A stretch of DNA of 64,000 nucleotides from Giardia intestinalis (Eukaryota). The notes beneath the pieces are model-generated. The model saw nothing but the letters and a program-made list of their open reading frames with translations. It was not told the DNA's origin and did no database searches. This document shows, piece after piece, positions 9,225 to 18,383 of this stretch. Position numbers and translations under genes: made by a program. The stretch lies in assembly GCA_000002435.2 (NCBI GenBank), contig CM018789.1; one strand, given 5' to 3'. The first letter of the stretch is position 1; every line of letters starts with the position of its first letter.

Positions 9225-9629
9225 ATGCCTATAACACGAGAGCAGCGATCGGCCCTGATAAAAGCAGCCATAGAGGGGAGTGAGCATGCGTATATACCGT
9301 ACTCTAAGTACAAGGTCGGCGCCGCCATCTTGACTGAGAGCGGGGAGATTTTTAAGGGCTGCAACGTCGAGAACGCGGCGTATCCTATCGGTGTATGTGC
9401 TGAGCGCACTGCTGTTGTCAAAGCTATCAGCGAGGGCAAGAAGGACATGGTCGCGTGCGCCGTGGTTACTCGTGATGGGGGCTCGCCGTGCGGTATGTGC
9501 CGACAGACCTTGAACGAATTCAACCCCAAGATGCACATGATATTGGCCAAGTTAGACGGGGAGGTCATAACTGAAATGCCGTTGGACGAGCTCCTCCCCC
9601 TGGGCTTCGGGCCTGCAAACCTGCTCTGA
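9225..9629 (+). CDS. cdd: cytidine deaminase (homotetrameric zinc-dependent CDA family)
   Basis: CAERTA (the HxE/CAE zinc and catalytic-Glu motif) and PCGMCRQ (the PCGxCRQ zinc motif) are both present. Length of 134 aa is typical for tetrameric CDA. Confidence 0.85.
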   Translation: MPITREQRSALIKAAIEGSEHAYIPYSKYKVGAAILTESGEIFKGCNVENAAYPIGVCAERTAVVKAISEGKKDMVACAVVTRDGGSPCGMCRQTLNEFNPKMHMILAKLDGEVITEMPLDELLPLGFGPANLL

Positions 9630-9703
9630 TTAGTCGGGCATTTGCACTGGGCGCCTAACACGGATAACCCGCGGAATAAATCTTAGTTAACGTTAGTGGA
9701 GAC

Positions 9704-12700
9704 TCACTGCATCAGTTCAAACGATTGAATGTATGTCAGGAAGGTCTGGGCCTTCATCGCCAGGGCTGTTCGTGCGTGCCCGTCTGTGCCATTCTCAGTA
9801 GCCGGCCGTTCATAAGACAGAACAATCATCAGTTTTCTAATATTATATCTGGTGATGAGCTGCCGTGGGTGAGACGAATGCAGATAGATATGCTCAAATA
9901 TATCCATACACCCCTTCCGCGTCGTGTTCTGCTTGCTTGCGCGGAGATTGACGAATAGTCTCTGGAGGAACTGCTGATCTGACGACAAAAATTGTGGAAT
10001 GCTTTCGTGCTGCTTAATAAACCGCGTCAAGTCGCCTATCACCTCGGATGCGATCTTTTCAGTACTCAGCAGAACAGAGAGCTTGGCCAGATTAGCGGGG
10101 GAGACGATTACGTTGATAATTCTCCGCCAGGACTGTTGTATGTGGCTATATTTAGAGCAATCAAAGAACCAGCTAAGTAGACAGAGCACTTTGTTGGGAT
10201 ATGTTGCAGCAAGATTGAATATTTTTGACAGCCATTGCTCCCTTCCATCTTCAACGGTAGAGAACTCCTTGAAGATCTTTTCCAAAAGACTCTGGTAGGG
10301 GACCATCAACCGGTTTTGCCGTTTTTGTTGATTTGGGAAGCGCTTTGTCGGCCGCAGCGCAGACGTTCTAAGTATTATCTCCATCGCCAGCTCAACTACG
10401 TTACCAGAGAACTCTGTTATGGGCGACGGGGAGTAGGATGACGATGCCTCCGGTGCTTGAGATGTCATCTTCTTGGATGGCTTCCGTGGAGAAGATCGTT
10501 GAGAATGTGGTCTGCTAGCATCTCCTTCGATGACTGGCGTCAGGCTGCCGTAGATAATCCTATAGCACACAGGTATGAGGCCCTTATTGAGTGCAATGGC
10601 GTGTATCTCCGGAAACTGGATGATGCTGTGGCAGAGATAGGTGGCCGAGTCCAAGATGTCGTCTGTTCGGTAGTTCTGAATGTTTATTAACAAATCTACC
10701 AGTATGTCAATTGTCTGTGATGTAAGAGATTGCACAAAATCCGGTGTGAGAACAAATTTTCGCAGTGAAGCAAAGAACGTGGTAACAATCGTGTGTATGC
10801 GATAGGGCAAAGAGGTAGAAGAGTAGTTGCTTAGGGGAGAGGCTGTGTAAGAAGCTGGTAGACAACTCATCAAGACGCAGCTTATAAAGTTGATGTAGGT
10901 TTTCAAAACGTCCTTGGAGAAGATGATGTGTGCATAGTCCAGGTCTACCAGCTTAGTGTATACCTCGATACCCTGCTCTAGAGCCTGGATCCTCTTCTCA
11001 TTCATTGCTAATATGCTCAAATAGTACTTTAATTTGGTTTCGTTATAGTCCTTGCCCTTATCAGCAAAGAATATTGACCGGAGTCTATCGCTAGTCTCCC
11101 CAGAAAGGTCCAAGTCAAAGGGATTGTTCCAGTCGACTCGCTGGCCAATGACCTGGACTTCACAGGTGGGGTAATTGTAGGGCGAACCCTCTAAGATTGG
11201 GGGCAGGAGCTTCCAGAACAGAAGAATGTTAAGCGATTTTGCAATGTACTCGTATGCATTTTCAGTTATTAATATCGTTGCATAGGATTGTGTTGAGATT
11301 GTCGGTATTTCCATTATGGACTTTGCTGGCTGAATGGCAGACGTGGAGCCTACCCGGCTATTTTTGGTGGATACGGCCTTTTCAGATGGGAGGACAGAGT
11401 CTAGTTGATACAGTTTTACCACGTGATCAAGGACCTCTCTCTCATCGGTCAAGAACTTGGAGTTGAGAATACCTACCTTCCGTGCTTTAGATGTCTTGTC
11501 TTTAAACACCAGCTTATAAATTATGCCAATGACTTGAATAACAAAGCGTGCATCCTTGGTAGACAGGAGGCAGTCGCACAGCTGCAAAATCTGAGAGTGT
11601 AGGATGAGACAGTAATCTATGGAAATGAACTCTGCAGATGCAAAGTTTCCGTCAATAAACACCTGCAGAAGATCAGAGACCACGGTCCGCGTCTCACCCT
11701 GGAGCACATTGATCAGTGCATCTTTGTCACAGGGGTACGAAACTAGTTTCTGTGACGAGTCTGCCGCAGAGGGGTCTATTTGGAAGCCTACGCATGAATC
11801 TTCACCATAGATTGACGAATTCGTATGACCCGTATCTTTATCAACAATAGGCACAACGGTAGGGATATTAGTGGGCACAATGCTCGGGGTTTCGCGACCG
11901 GTTAGCATAGATGGGTAGTGAGACAAGCCAGCATGGTCATTTTCTAGTGTCTTTGAGGTACATGAAAATCTGGGAACGTTGGGGAGCTGCAGAAGGTGAG
12001 CGTAAGATCTCGCCGGTACTGTGGTACTGTGGATTATTTCATAATAGTCTTTAGTCCCCTTCCTAGCTGAGTATTTTGGGCGTTCCTTGTCCTTTTCACT
12101 TACTCTATCTGCCCCAACGTTGATTGGCAGAGATGAGTACGTAAAGCTACGAAATGCTAGAAGCGTCCGATCAGCTGTTGCTTTAAATTCTCCCAGGAAA
12201 CTCTTCAGTGCATACTTGTCGTCAGTGTTTTGATTCTTCAGCGTGGTGTATGTTAGAAATAAATGCGTCGTGAGATGGCAGTCAAGAGATCTGATTGTAT
12301 CGTGCTGTATTTGGGATTTTTGATTGGTGGTTGTACCTGAATCGAATTGGCCGTTAACACGACCGGATCTGGCTGTGCTGATAGTATCATTCTGTAGCGT
12401 GGTCTGGGCGTCTTGGCTGTGCCGCATGAACTTGAAGCCCCGTGATTCGGAATTAACTGCCTCACATGTTTGACTTTTTATCGCTCTAAAAAAATCAGAG
12501 ATTGATTCTACAAAAGTAATAGAATTGGAGATTTTAAAATCTATTAACCTTTTCATCAACGGAGGAAGGCCCAGGGCGGTTAGGTTCATTATCAACCGCG
12601 GTGAATACTGACACAGCACATACAAAATCTTGCACAACTCTATACAGTACTCATACATGTACAGGGTCAATGCCGCATTCCAAAAGATGGCTCTGCGGGT

Positions 12701-15217
12701 TGCAAGCGACATAGCAGCTTTAGGATCTCCTCTTTTACTTTTGTTGTTTCTATCCCGCAGATCTGCATTTAAATAGTATTTCTCATCAAATTCCTTTCCG
12801 AAAAACTCCTGAGCCGCACCCAGAAACGGAACATTAGTGGATTTGGAGGGGAGTGCTTCATCGAGCAAGGAGTGGTTGGATTCCGGAAACGATCCCAGCT
12901 CACCAAATTTCTTCAAGACCAGAGGCTCTAGCGACGATGAGTGCAAGTTACTCTGAAGAGTATTTGTGAGAGAATGATACTGGGGGCGAACCATAGATGT
13001 TTTTTGCATGCCAGCTGCATAGGAACTTGGCATGTGTCTGCCCCTTGATGATGGTTTTGCCGGAGAATGCAAGCTTGCTGTGTTGTGCACTTTGAGCGTA
13101 CTAAAGGACATTTGGATCGAGTCATAGCCACTAGCAGTTGAGGATTGGTTAGAGTCTGCGTCAGGATTGCTGGAGTACAAGGCCTTGGTTCTATGTGTCG
13201 ACTCCTGGTCTCTTGGAGTAGTAAGCGGTAACCCCTGATAGTTCTGCTGTCTCTCGCGAAGAGCCTTGAGCTTGTTCTTTAGAACGCTGGTCTCTATTGG
13301 GTGAGTGTTATACAAGTTATTTAGATTAACGCAAACCTCATTGAAGTGATCCATGGACGAAGCCAATGAAGAGTTCTCTATATTGATTAGAATGTTATCA
13401 ATGTGTTGTATCACAGACAAGAAGCCACGCTTTTCCATTATGTTTGAGATTAGGACCCCCGCTGTCTCCGTTGGCTGCAGACTCTCTAGGTCCAATTCAT
13501 ATGGCAAGAAGGGTGAGGGATCCTCTTCCCCGTTGGTAGGGTTTTGGTGCCCTCCGCTACCATCAGCAATAGCCTCTTGCTGTTTCTGGGGAAACATATG
13601 ACCTCTAAAGATGCAGGAGAGCTTCTTACGCTTCTGCGAAGTTGAGATTGCTTTTAGTAACTTGTGTGCGTCTATTATGGAATATGATGCAAAGACGTTC
13701 TTCTCTAGTATGCGGAGATGCTGCTTTATTGCTTTCTTGTTAATCTTGGGAGTCATAAGGATATTGCTCATAAAGGTGTGTCGCATAACTCCGTCAATAA
13801 TTACAGAGTCTTGGCCCGGGGGTTCCTTGCAAGAAACGTCTAAGATATCATTGCTCATAGTCCCGATCAGGGAATTGTATTTGTTGTCGTCGCTGAGGTC
13901 CTGGATGTCTGGAAAGAGAGTTAGGTCATCACTGTCAGAGTTGATGCTTAAAATGGAATCTGTCTGGATATTTATGAGCGGATCTGCTCCGAAAAGAGAT
14001 TCTGAGCGCTCAAAGTCCCGTTCCAGACGCCTTGTCCTCACAGTTTCAAGTCGTGTGGCCAAGGTGTCATGTGTAAGGCTGGAAAACTGTGGAGCCGAGG
14101 AGCCTGCGTTGTGTCTGACAGAGGACTTTGAGAGGGGCTTTTCCGAGACCTTTGGGCTTGTTGATTTTGGATAGCTTGGATTCTGTAATGTGTGCATGTC
14201 TAAAGTGCTGGAATTGGGCTCCTTGGTGGGCGGGAGTGCTTGAACATCTTTCCCTGTGCTCGATTCTCTGCTTGATCTTCTGCTCGACTCCTTGGGTGAT
14301 CCTGGTAGCGAAAAGCCTTTCGGTGGTGGGAGCATGTTATTGGTCAATGTAAGCTTTGCTGACTCTCTTGGGCCAACAAGCTGCTTTTGCCTCATAAGGC
14401 TGTTTGCATTTTTGATGAGCCACGGGTGATTCAGAAGCTCAGCACAACTGTGCCGCTCATGCGGATCAATTTTGAAGCAGCACGAAAGGAAATCTGCGCA
14501 CTCGGGGGAGATGTTGGGGGGAAGCGGCATCTCCGTGAGCGTTGCAATGTTATACATTGCTGCAAACCCCGTAAGGTTGTGAAAGGGCGGCTTCTTAGTT
14601 AGTAGCTCAATCATCGTGGCACCTAAGGACCAGACATCAGACTTAGTGGATACACCCTCTTCGTTGATCACCTCTGGGGCAAGCCAATAAGGAGACCCCT
14701 CGACGACGGTCGGATCCACATCTTGAAGCCGTTGAGAGAGGCCAAAGTCAGTCAGTTTGCAAAGTCCAGAAGAGGTCATCAAAATGTTTGCCGCCTTAAT
14801 ATCTTTGTGGATTATGCCCTGCTCGTGTAGATATTTAAGTCCCAACAATATTTGGTAAATATAGCATGCTACCACATTTTCTCCCAAATCATCATATTGC
14901 TTAATTAACGTCTGCAAAGAGCCAAAATCTACTAATTCTAGAATAATATAAAGGTAATTCTGCTCTAAGAAGCACCCCCGGTACTTCACTATGTTGGAGT
15001 GGTTCAGTTTAGACAAAAGGTTTATCTCAGACATCACTTCCTTGATAAATCCCTGGTCAACAGCTTTCTTTTTGCCCTTAGGCTCCAACTGCTTGAGTGC
15101 CACAAAACCACCTGTTACTTCATCTGCTGCTTTCCACACCTTCGCGAAGGCCCCTTTTCCTATGAGGCAATGTAAAGTGTAGCGGCCACGTATGGTGAGG
15201 GGATTGTCTGTCTGCAT
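9704..15217 (-). CDS. giant STE-group Ser/Thr protein kinase, Cdc15 / Cdc7(S. pombe) / SepH / MAP3K-epsilon-like, with an N-terminal kinase domain and about 1550-aa ARM/HEAT-like tail
   Basis: The kinase domain carries these motifs: [11 protein letters not shown] (Gly loop), VALKQ (VAIK), [11 protein letters not shown] (catalytic loop), [14 protein letters not shown] (APE), [13 protein letters not shown]. The pattern IIHxDIKxANIL followed by a long C-terminal tail is characteristic of Cdc15/MAP3K-epsilon kinases. Confidence 0.8.
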   Translation of the reverse strand: MQTDNPLTIRGRYTLHCLIGKGAFAKVWKAADEVTGGFVALKQLEPKGKKKAVDQGFIKEVMSEINLLSKLNHSNIVKYRGCFLEQNYLYIILELVDFGSLQTLIKQYDDLGENVVACYIYQILLGLKYLHEQGIIHKDIKAANILMTSSGLCKLTDFGLSQRLQDVDPTVVEGSPYWLAPEVINEEGVSTKSDVWSLGATMIELLTKKPPFHNLTGFAAMYNIATLTEMPLPPNISPECADFLSCCFKIDPHERHSCAELLNHPWLIKNANSLMRQKQLVGPRESAKLTLTNNMLPPPKGFSLPGSPKESSRRSSRESSTGKDVQALPPTKEPNSSTLDMHTLQNPSYPKSTSPKVSEKPLSKSSVRHNAGSSAPQFSSLTHDTLATRLETVRTRRLERDFERSESLFGADPLINIQTDSILSINSDSDDLTLFPDIQDLSDDNKYNSLIGTMSNDILDVSCKEPPGQDSVIIDGVMRHTFMSNILMTPKINKKAIKQHLRILEKNVFASYSIIDAHKLLKAISTSQKRKKLSCIFRGHMFPQKQQEAIADGSGGHQNPTNGEEDPSPFLPYELDLESLQPTETAGVLISNIMEKRGFLSVIQHIDNILINIENSSLASSMDHFNEVCVNLNNLYNTHPIETSVLKNKLKALRERQQNYQGLPLTTPRDQESTHRTKALYSSNPDADSNQSSTASGYDSIQMSFSTLKVHNTASLHSPAKPSSRGRHMPSSYAAGMQKTSMVRPQYHSLTNTLQSNLHSSSLEPLVLKKFGELGSFPESNHSLLDEALPSKSTNVPFLGAAQEFFGKEFDEKYYLNADLRDRNNKSKRGDPKAAMSLATRRAIFWNAALTLYMYEYCIELCKILYVLCQYSPRLIMNLTALGLPPLMKRLIDFKISNSITFVESISDFFRAIKSQTCEAVNSESRGFKFMRHSQDAQTTLQNDTISTARSGRVNGQFDSGTTTNQKSQIQHDTIRSLDCHLTTHLFLTYTTLKNQNTDDKYALKSFLGEFKATADRTLLAFRSFTYSSLPINVGADRVSEKDKERPKYSARKGTKDYYEIIHSTTVPARSYAHLLQLPNVPRFSCTSKTLENDHAGLSHYPSMLTGRETPSIVPTNIPTVVPIVDKDTGHTNSSIYGEDSCVGFQIDPSAADSSQKLVSYPCDKDALINVLQGETRTVVSDLLQVFIDGNFASAEFISIDYCLILHSQILQLCDCLLSTKDARFVIQVIGIIYKLVFKDKTSKARKVGILNSKFLTDEREVLDHVVKLYQLDSVLPSEKAVSTKNSRVGSTSAIQPAKSIMEIPTISTQSYATILITENAYEYIAKSLNILLFWKLLPPILEGSPYNYPTCEVQVIGQRVDWNNPFDLDLSGETSDRLRSIFFADKGKDYNETKLKYYLSILAMNEKRIQALEQGIEVYTKLVDLDYAHIIFSKDVLKTYINFISCVLMSCLPASYTASPLSNYSSTSLPYRIHTIVTTFFASLRKFVLTPDFVQSLTSQTIDILVDLLINIQNYRTDDILDSATYLCHSIIQFPEIHAIALNKGLIPVCYRIIYGSLTPVIEGDASRPHSQRSSPRKPSKKMTSQAPEASSSYSPSPITEFSGNVVELAMEIILRTSALRPTKRFPNQQKRQNRLMVPYQSLLEKIFKEFSTVEDGREQWLSKIFNLAATYPNKVLCLLSWFFDCSKYSHIQQSWRRIINVIVSPANLAKLSVLLSTEKIASEVIGDLTRFIKQHESIPQFLSSDQQFLQRLFVNLRASKQNTTRKGCMDIFEHIYLHSSHPRQLITRYNIRKLMIVLSYERPATENGTDGHARTALAMKAQTFLTYIQSFELMQ

Positions 15218-15237
15218 TTTTTTATGCTAATAAAAGG
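15218..15237. promoter_or_regulatory. 20-bp AT-rich divergent intergenic/promoter region between the kinase gene and the RNA polymerase subunit gene
   Basis: Sequence TTTTTTTATGCTAATAAAAGG lies between the minus ATG at 15215-15217 and the plus ATG at 15238. Confidence 0.35.
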
Positions 15238-15543
15238 ATGGAGGGGAGGAACGCCACCTTTGTCATTGTCAACGAGGACCACACGCTAGGGAATTGCATT
15301 CGCTACTGTCTTACTTGTAACCCAGCCGTCTCTTTTGCTGGCTACTCTGTCCCTCACCCCGCAGAGCCGAAGCTAAACCTTCGCATTCAATCTGACACTC
15401 AGTCCGCCACTGACTGCCTTTTGCAGGCGGCTGACCTCATGTACGCTATAGCAAGTGTCTTGAGGCAGCGACTTGCAGAGGCCTGTGGGGTTAGTCCTCC
15501 TCCTTCCTCCAGAACCAGCGAAAACCGGTCTATCACCCAGTAA
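15238..15543 (+). CDS. DNA-directed RNA polymerase subunit of the Rpb11 / AC19 (RPAC2) family
   Basis: [44 protein letters not shown] matches the conserved EDHTLGN...F.GY..PHP.E.K.NLRIQ core of the Rpb11/AC19 dimerisation fold. Length 101 aa. Confidence 0.6.
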   Translation: MEGRNATFVIVNEDHTLGNCIRYCLTCNPAVSFAGYSVPHPAEPKLNLRIQSDTQSATDCLLQAADLMYAIASVLRQRLAEACGVSPPPSSRTSENRSITQ

Positions 15544-15680
15544 ACCAAGAATGGAAAAGGCTGGTAGCTTGTGCTGGTGCCAAACTTGGTGCCCAACTTG
15601 TGTCTCCAATACACAGGCTCAACCTCTACCCACCCTACTAGCTAGATCGTTATGTTTACTTTACCCCAAGCTATGATGTG

Positions 15681-15697
15681 CAGAGCAGAGCAGAGCA
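15681..15697. repeat. short (CAGAG)3 microsatellite in a convergent 3' intergenic region
   Basis: The sequence cagagcagagcagagca is visible directly. Confidence 0.5.
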
Positions 15698-15763
15698 ACG
15701 CCCACAAGAATAAAAGGTTAGAACAGTAGCAAAAAGGACAGCAACAGAAGCAGCGAAACCGGA

Positions 15764-16384
15764 TTACTTGTTAGAGATCGTGTTGACATCACCAGAGCCA
15801 GGGACCCACTGTGCACACTCAGCCATGTACGAGTCCATGTCTAACAACTTCTGCTTCTGGAGGAGGTCGAACTCGCTCATCACCATGTCAACCTCCTTGC
15901 TGGCCTGAGAGCTCTCGTTGTCGATTCGGATCGCAGAGTCCAAGCTGTCCTCCATATAGCTTTGCCTAATTTGAAGGTTTTGCATTTCGCGCGAAAACTT
16001 TGCCAACTGCTGCTGCATCTCCTTATTATTAACGTTCTTATTTAAACTGGCCATGATTGCGGCGGACTTAGAGATGATTCCGCCCACAACTTCGAAGGAC
16101 TTGGCCAACTGCATGTTCATTTGGAGAGATAGGATTTGAGCCTTCGAGACACTCAAGCGCTTGATATTGTCCTTAATTCTAACCAAGCACTTTGCGTGGA
16201 TTTCGGCAGAGGAGCGATCACCGTCCTGCGCAGCCTTTCGAATTTGCTGTTCAACTTTTTTTCTTTCGAACTCCAGCTGCATCCTCTCTCGTTCAATGCT
16301 CCTTATAGTTTCTCTGGCTTTCTCTTTGTATGCCTCGAGACTAGCTGCGATAGTACGCTCCTTCATTTCTTTTTTGTCCCACAA
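15764..16384 (-). CDS. ESCRT-III subunit, Snf7-family charged MVB protein, closest in pattern to Vps2/CHMP2 (or Vps24/CHMP3)
   Basis: Length 206 aa. Basic N-terminal helical half (RETIRSIERERMQLEFERKKVEQQIRKAAQ...AKCLVRIK) and acidic C-terminal half with a terminal amphipathic MIM-like helix (EFDLLQKQKLLDMD). This matches the charge polarity typical of ESCRT-III. Confidence 0.7.
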   Translation of the reverse strand: MWDKKEMKERTIAASLEAYKEKARETIRSIERERMQLEFERKKVEQQIRKAAQDGDRSSAEIHAKCLVRIKDNIKRLSVSKAQILSLQMNMQLAKSFEVVGGIISKSAAIMASLNKNVNNKEMQQQLAKFSREMQNLQIRQSYMEDSLDSAIRIDNESSQASKEVDMVMSEFDLLQKQKLLDMDSYMAECAQWVPGSGDVNTISNK

Positions 16385-16748
16385 TCAAGTAAATTTTTTT
16401 CGTACCCTTTTTAGCCCGCAAAAAGACTTTAGAAATTGAGCTTAGTTTATGTGGATGGTTTGCAAGGTTGCCCACTCACATACAGATAGCCTGCACTCTG
16501 GTCATCAAAAGCCTTTTCTGATATTGTTTACTTCTTTACTTATAAGAATTACGGCGCTGCCCTGCGTCATTAAGGTTTGAATGCTCATGTAGTAAGTGGT
16601 AAGATTGTATGTCCCGGGTCAATTAGCTTTCAGGGCAAAGTATTTTTTGAAGTTGCTACAATTAAAGTTATTTTAATAGAGCCCAATAGAAGCATGAAAT
16701 CGTGGATAGGTGGTGAGGAAGCCTCTTGATGATGTTTACAGACTGACA

Positions 16749-18317
16749 TCAACTAAACCCCAAAGCAGATCTTAGAAACTCAAGCTGCGTGGCGCGCAAG
16801 CTGTCATTGATCGACCACGATGTGTACAGATCTGTGCAGTGCGACCCATTCGGTATGTACGATGTGGTCGAGCCATTATGGAGATGATGCCCTGTGGACC
16901 AGGTCTCCCCTTCACGATAACTGAGCTCGCTCCACGGGTCCACGTGACCATTCGTAATGTAGATGTTAGACATCTTGATGTTTCTGGCACCATAGTACAC
17001 GTTAGTGAACCGGACAGCCTTGTTGACGAGGTCATCGCTCTGGGAACGTGTGAAGCTAGGGGCACCCGGCGGTGTAGCGCCCGGGGCAAAGTACGCTTTG
17101 TAGCACATCTCGAGGAAGTAGTCTAGGGTGATCATGGTGCCAAAGCCCGCAGCAGGGCTCGACGTCTGATAATAACCAAACTCCACACACGTCTGCCACA
17201 GCCACGATCGATCTACTGCAAACTCTGAATCTATGCTGGTATCCTGTATGGCCTTAATATACCCATCGAATGAAAGGTCAATCTCTTCCATTGAACCCCC
17301 GTAGTAGTCTAGTAGCCATGAAGCATATGCTTTAAGGTCCTGGTAGCTCTCTCCAGTGTCGTAGCTATCATAGGATGCCTCAATAGCCTTGCACATCTGC
17401 TTGATATCACCATCCTTCGTGGTGTTGTAATACCCATCGTGCTTAGCGTACTGCACAACACCAGAGGGAGCGCCCATAGCAGACATGAAGCTGGCCTTAT
17501 CATACCCTGTGCTATTGTAAATGCTTTCCTCTTTGAGCTTAAAGATTGTAGCCAAGGTCGCCTTGTCGTGACTTAGCAGGTATTCCGCATCCTTGTGGGC
17601 GGCAGAAATGATGTCCATGCAGCGGTCCCCTCCATACTTCCGTACCTGAGAATCAATGTGCTGAAGGTATTCTGGATAGTCTGTCTGTGCCAGATATGGG
17701 CCGCTGGAAGAGATTGCAGCGTCAATAATGAACGGAAACTGAATGCGGGCCCACGCAGCCAGATTGCCCGAATAGGATCCGCCGACTGCCACAATCTTTG
17801 TACCCTCTGGAAGATTATACTCTCGCTTCAAATATGCAAGAAACGTAGCTATATCGGCCAGTGCTTGGTCTGAACGGAGGAGGCTCAGGTTAGCTGAATT
17901 CGTGCTTGGAAACGAAGCTCCGTAGAAGCGATGCTCAAGTGCAACCTTGAGGCCGTTCATGTTCTTTGCAAAGTAGTCAATGCTGAAGTAGTCTCCGACA
18001 TCTCTTGGAGTAGCCGGTCCCTCCCCGCCTATCATGAGAAAGACGGGCCCCCCTGCCTTGTAGTAGGTGTCATTGTAGTAGTACCTTTGCGACCACTTCT
18101 TGGTATTCGTAGAGTCAAAGTGATCCACGTGCTGTTCACGGAACCAGAGTTCCCCGGGGTAGTGTTGGACCCTCACTGGTTTTGGTGCCTTTAAAGGGAC
18201 AGGAGAGCCATCTGGAGACAGGTCGGTGTCCAGGCTGCGGGTGAAGATAGAGGAGACGCGGGAGAGGGGCTTCTTTGAAATGCTTCCGAGAAGGAAGATA
18301 AAGAGAAGCGAAATCAT
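16749..18317 (-). CDS. serine carboxypeptidase S28 family (lysosomal Pro-X carboxypeptidase-like), secreted
   Basis: N-terminal signal peptide MISLLFIFLLGS. GGSYSGNLAAW is the S28 catalytic-Ser GGSYGG motif. QRYYYNDTYYK..GPVFLMIGGEG conforms to the S28 N-terminus. Length 522 aa. Confidence 0.75.
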   Translation of the reverse strand: MISLLFIFLLGSISKKPLSRVSSIFTRSLDTDLSPDGSPVPLKAPKPVRVQHYPGELWFREQHVDHFDSTNTKKWSQRYYYNDTYYKAGGPVFLMIGGEGPATPRDVGDYFSIDYFAKNMNGLKVALEHRFYGASFPSTNSANLSLLRSDQALADIATFLAYLKREYNLPEGTKIVAVGGSYSGNLAAWARIQFPFIIDAAISSSGPYLAQTDYPEYLQHIDSQVRKYGGDRCMDIISAAHKDAEYLLSHDKATLATIFKLKEESIYNSTGYDKASFMSAMGAPSGVVQYAKHDGYYNTTKDGDIKQMCKAIEASYDSYDTGESYQDLKAYASWLLDYYGGSMEEIDLSFDGYIKAIQDTSIDSEFAVDRSWLWQTCVEFGYYQTSSPAAGFGTMITLDYFLEMCYKAYFAPGATPPGAPSFTRSQSDDLVNKAVRFTNVYYGARNIKMSNIYITNGHVDPWSELSYREGETWSTGHHLHNGSTTSYIPNGSHCTDLYTSWSINDSLRATQLEFLRSALGFS

Positions 18318-18383
18318 TTATCGCTGAATTTTATTTTTTGAAAGGAGAAGGAAGAAGAATTAAGCAGAAGACAGCAGATTTCC
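18318..18383. promoter_or_regulatory. 66-bp AT/purine-rich divergent promoter region between the S28 peptidase (-) and the OSCA-like channel (+)
   Basis: Contains ttatcgctgaattttattttttgaaaggagaaggaagaag between two divergent ATGs. Confidence 0.3.

Noticed and set aside
8954-9661. 235-aa minus-strand ORF overlapping cytidine deaminase
   Set aside because: The plus-strand frame carries both canonical CDA zinc motifs (CAERTA, PCGMCRQ). The antisense frame is a shadow.
13611-14174. 187-aa plus ORF, and other 60-100-aa ORFs, antisense to the giant kinase gene
   Set aside because: They are embedded in an 1837-codon minus-strand ORF with an unmistakable kinase domain. No independent support.
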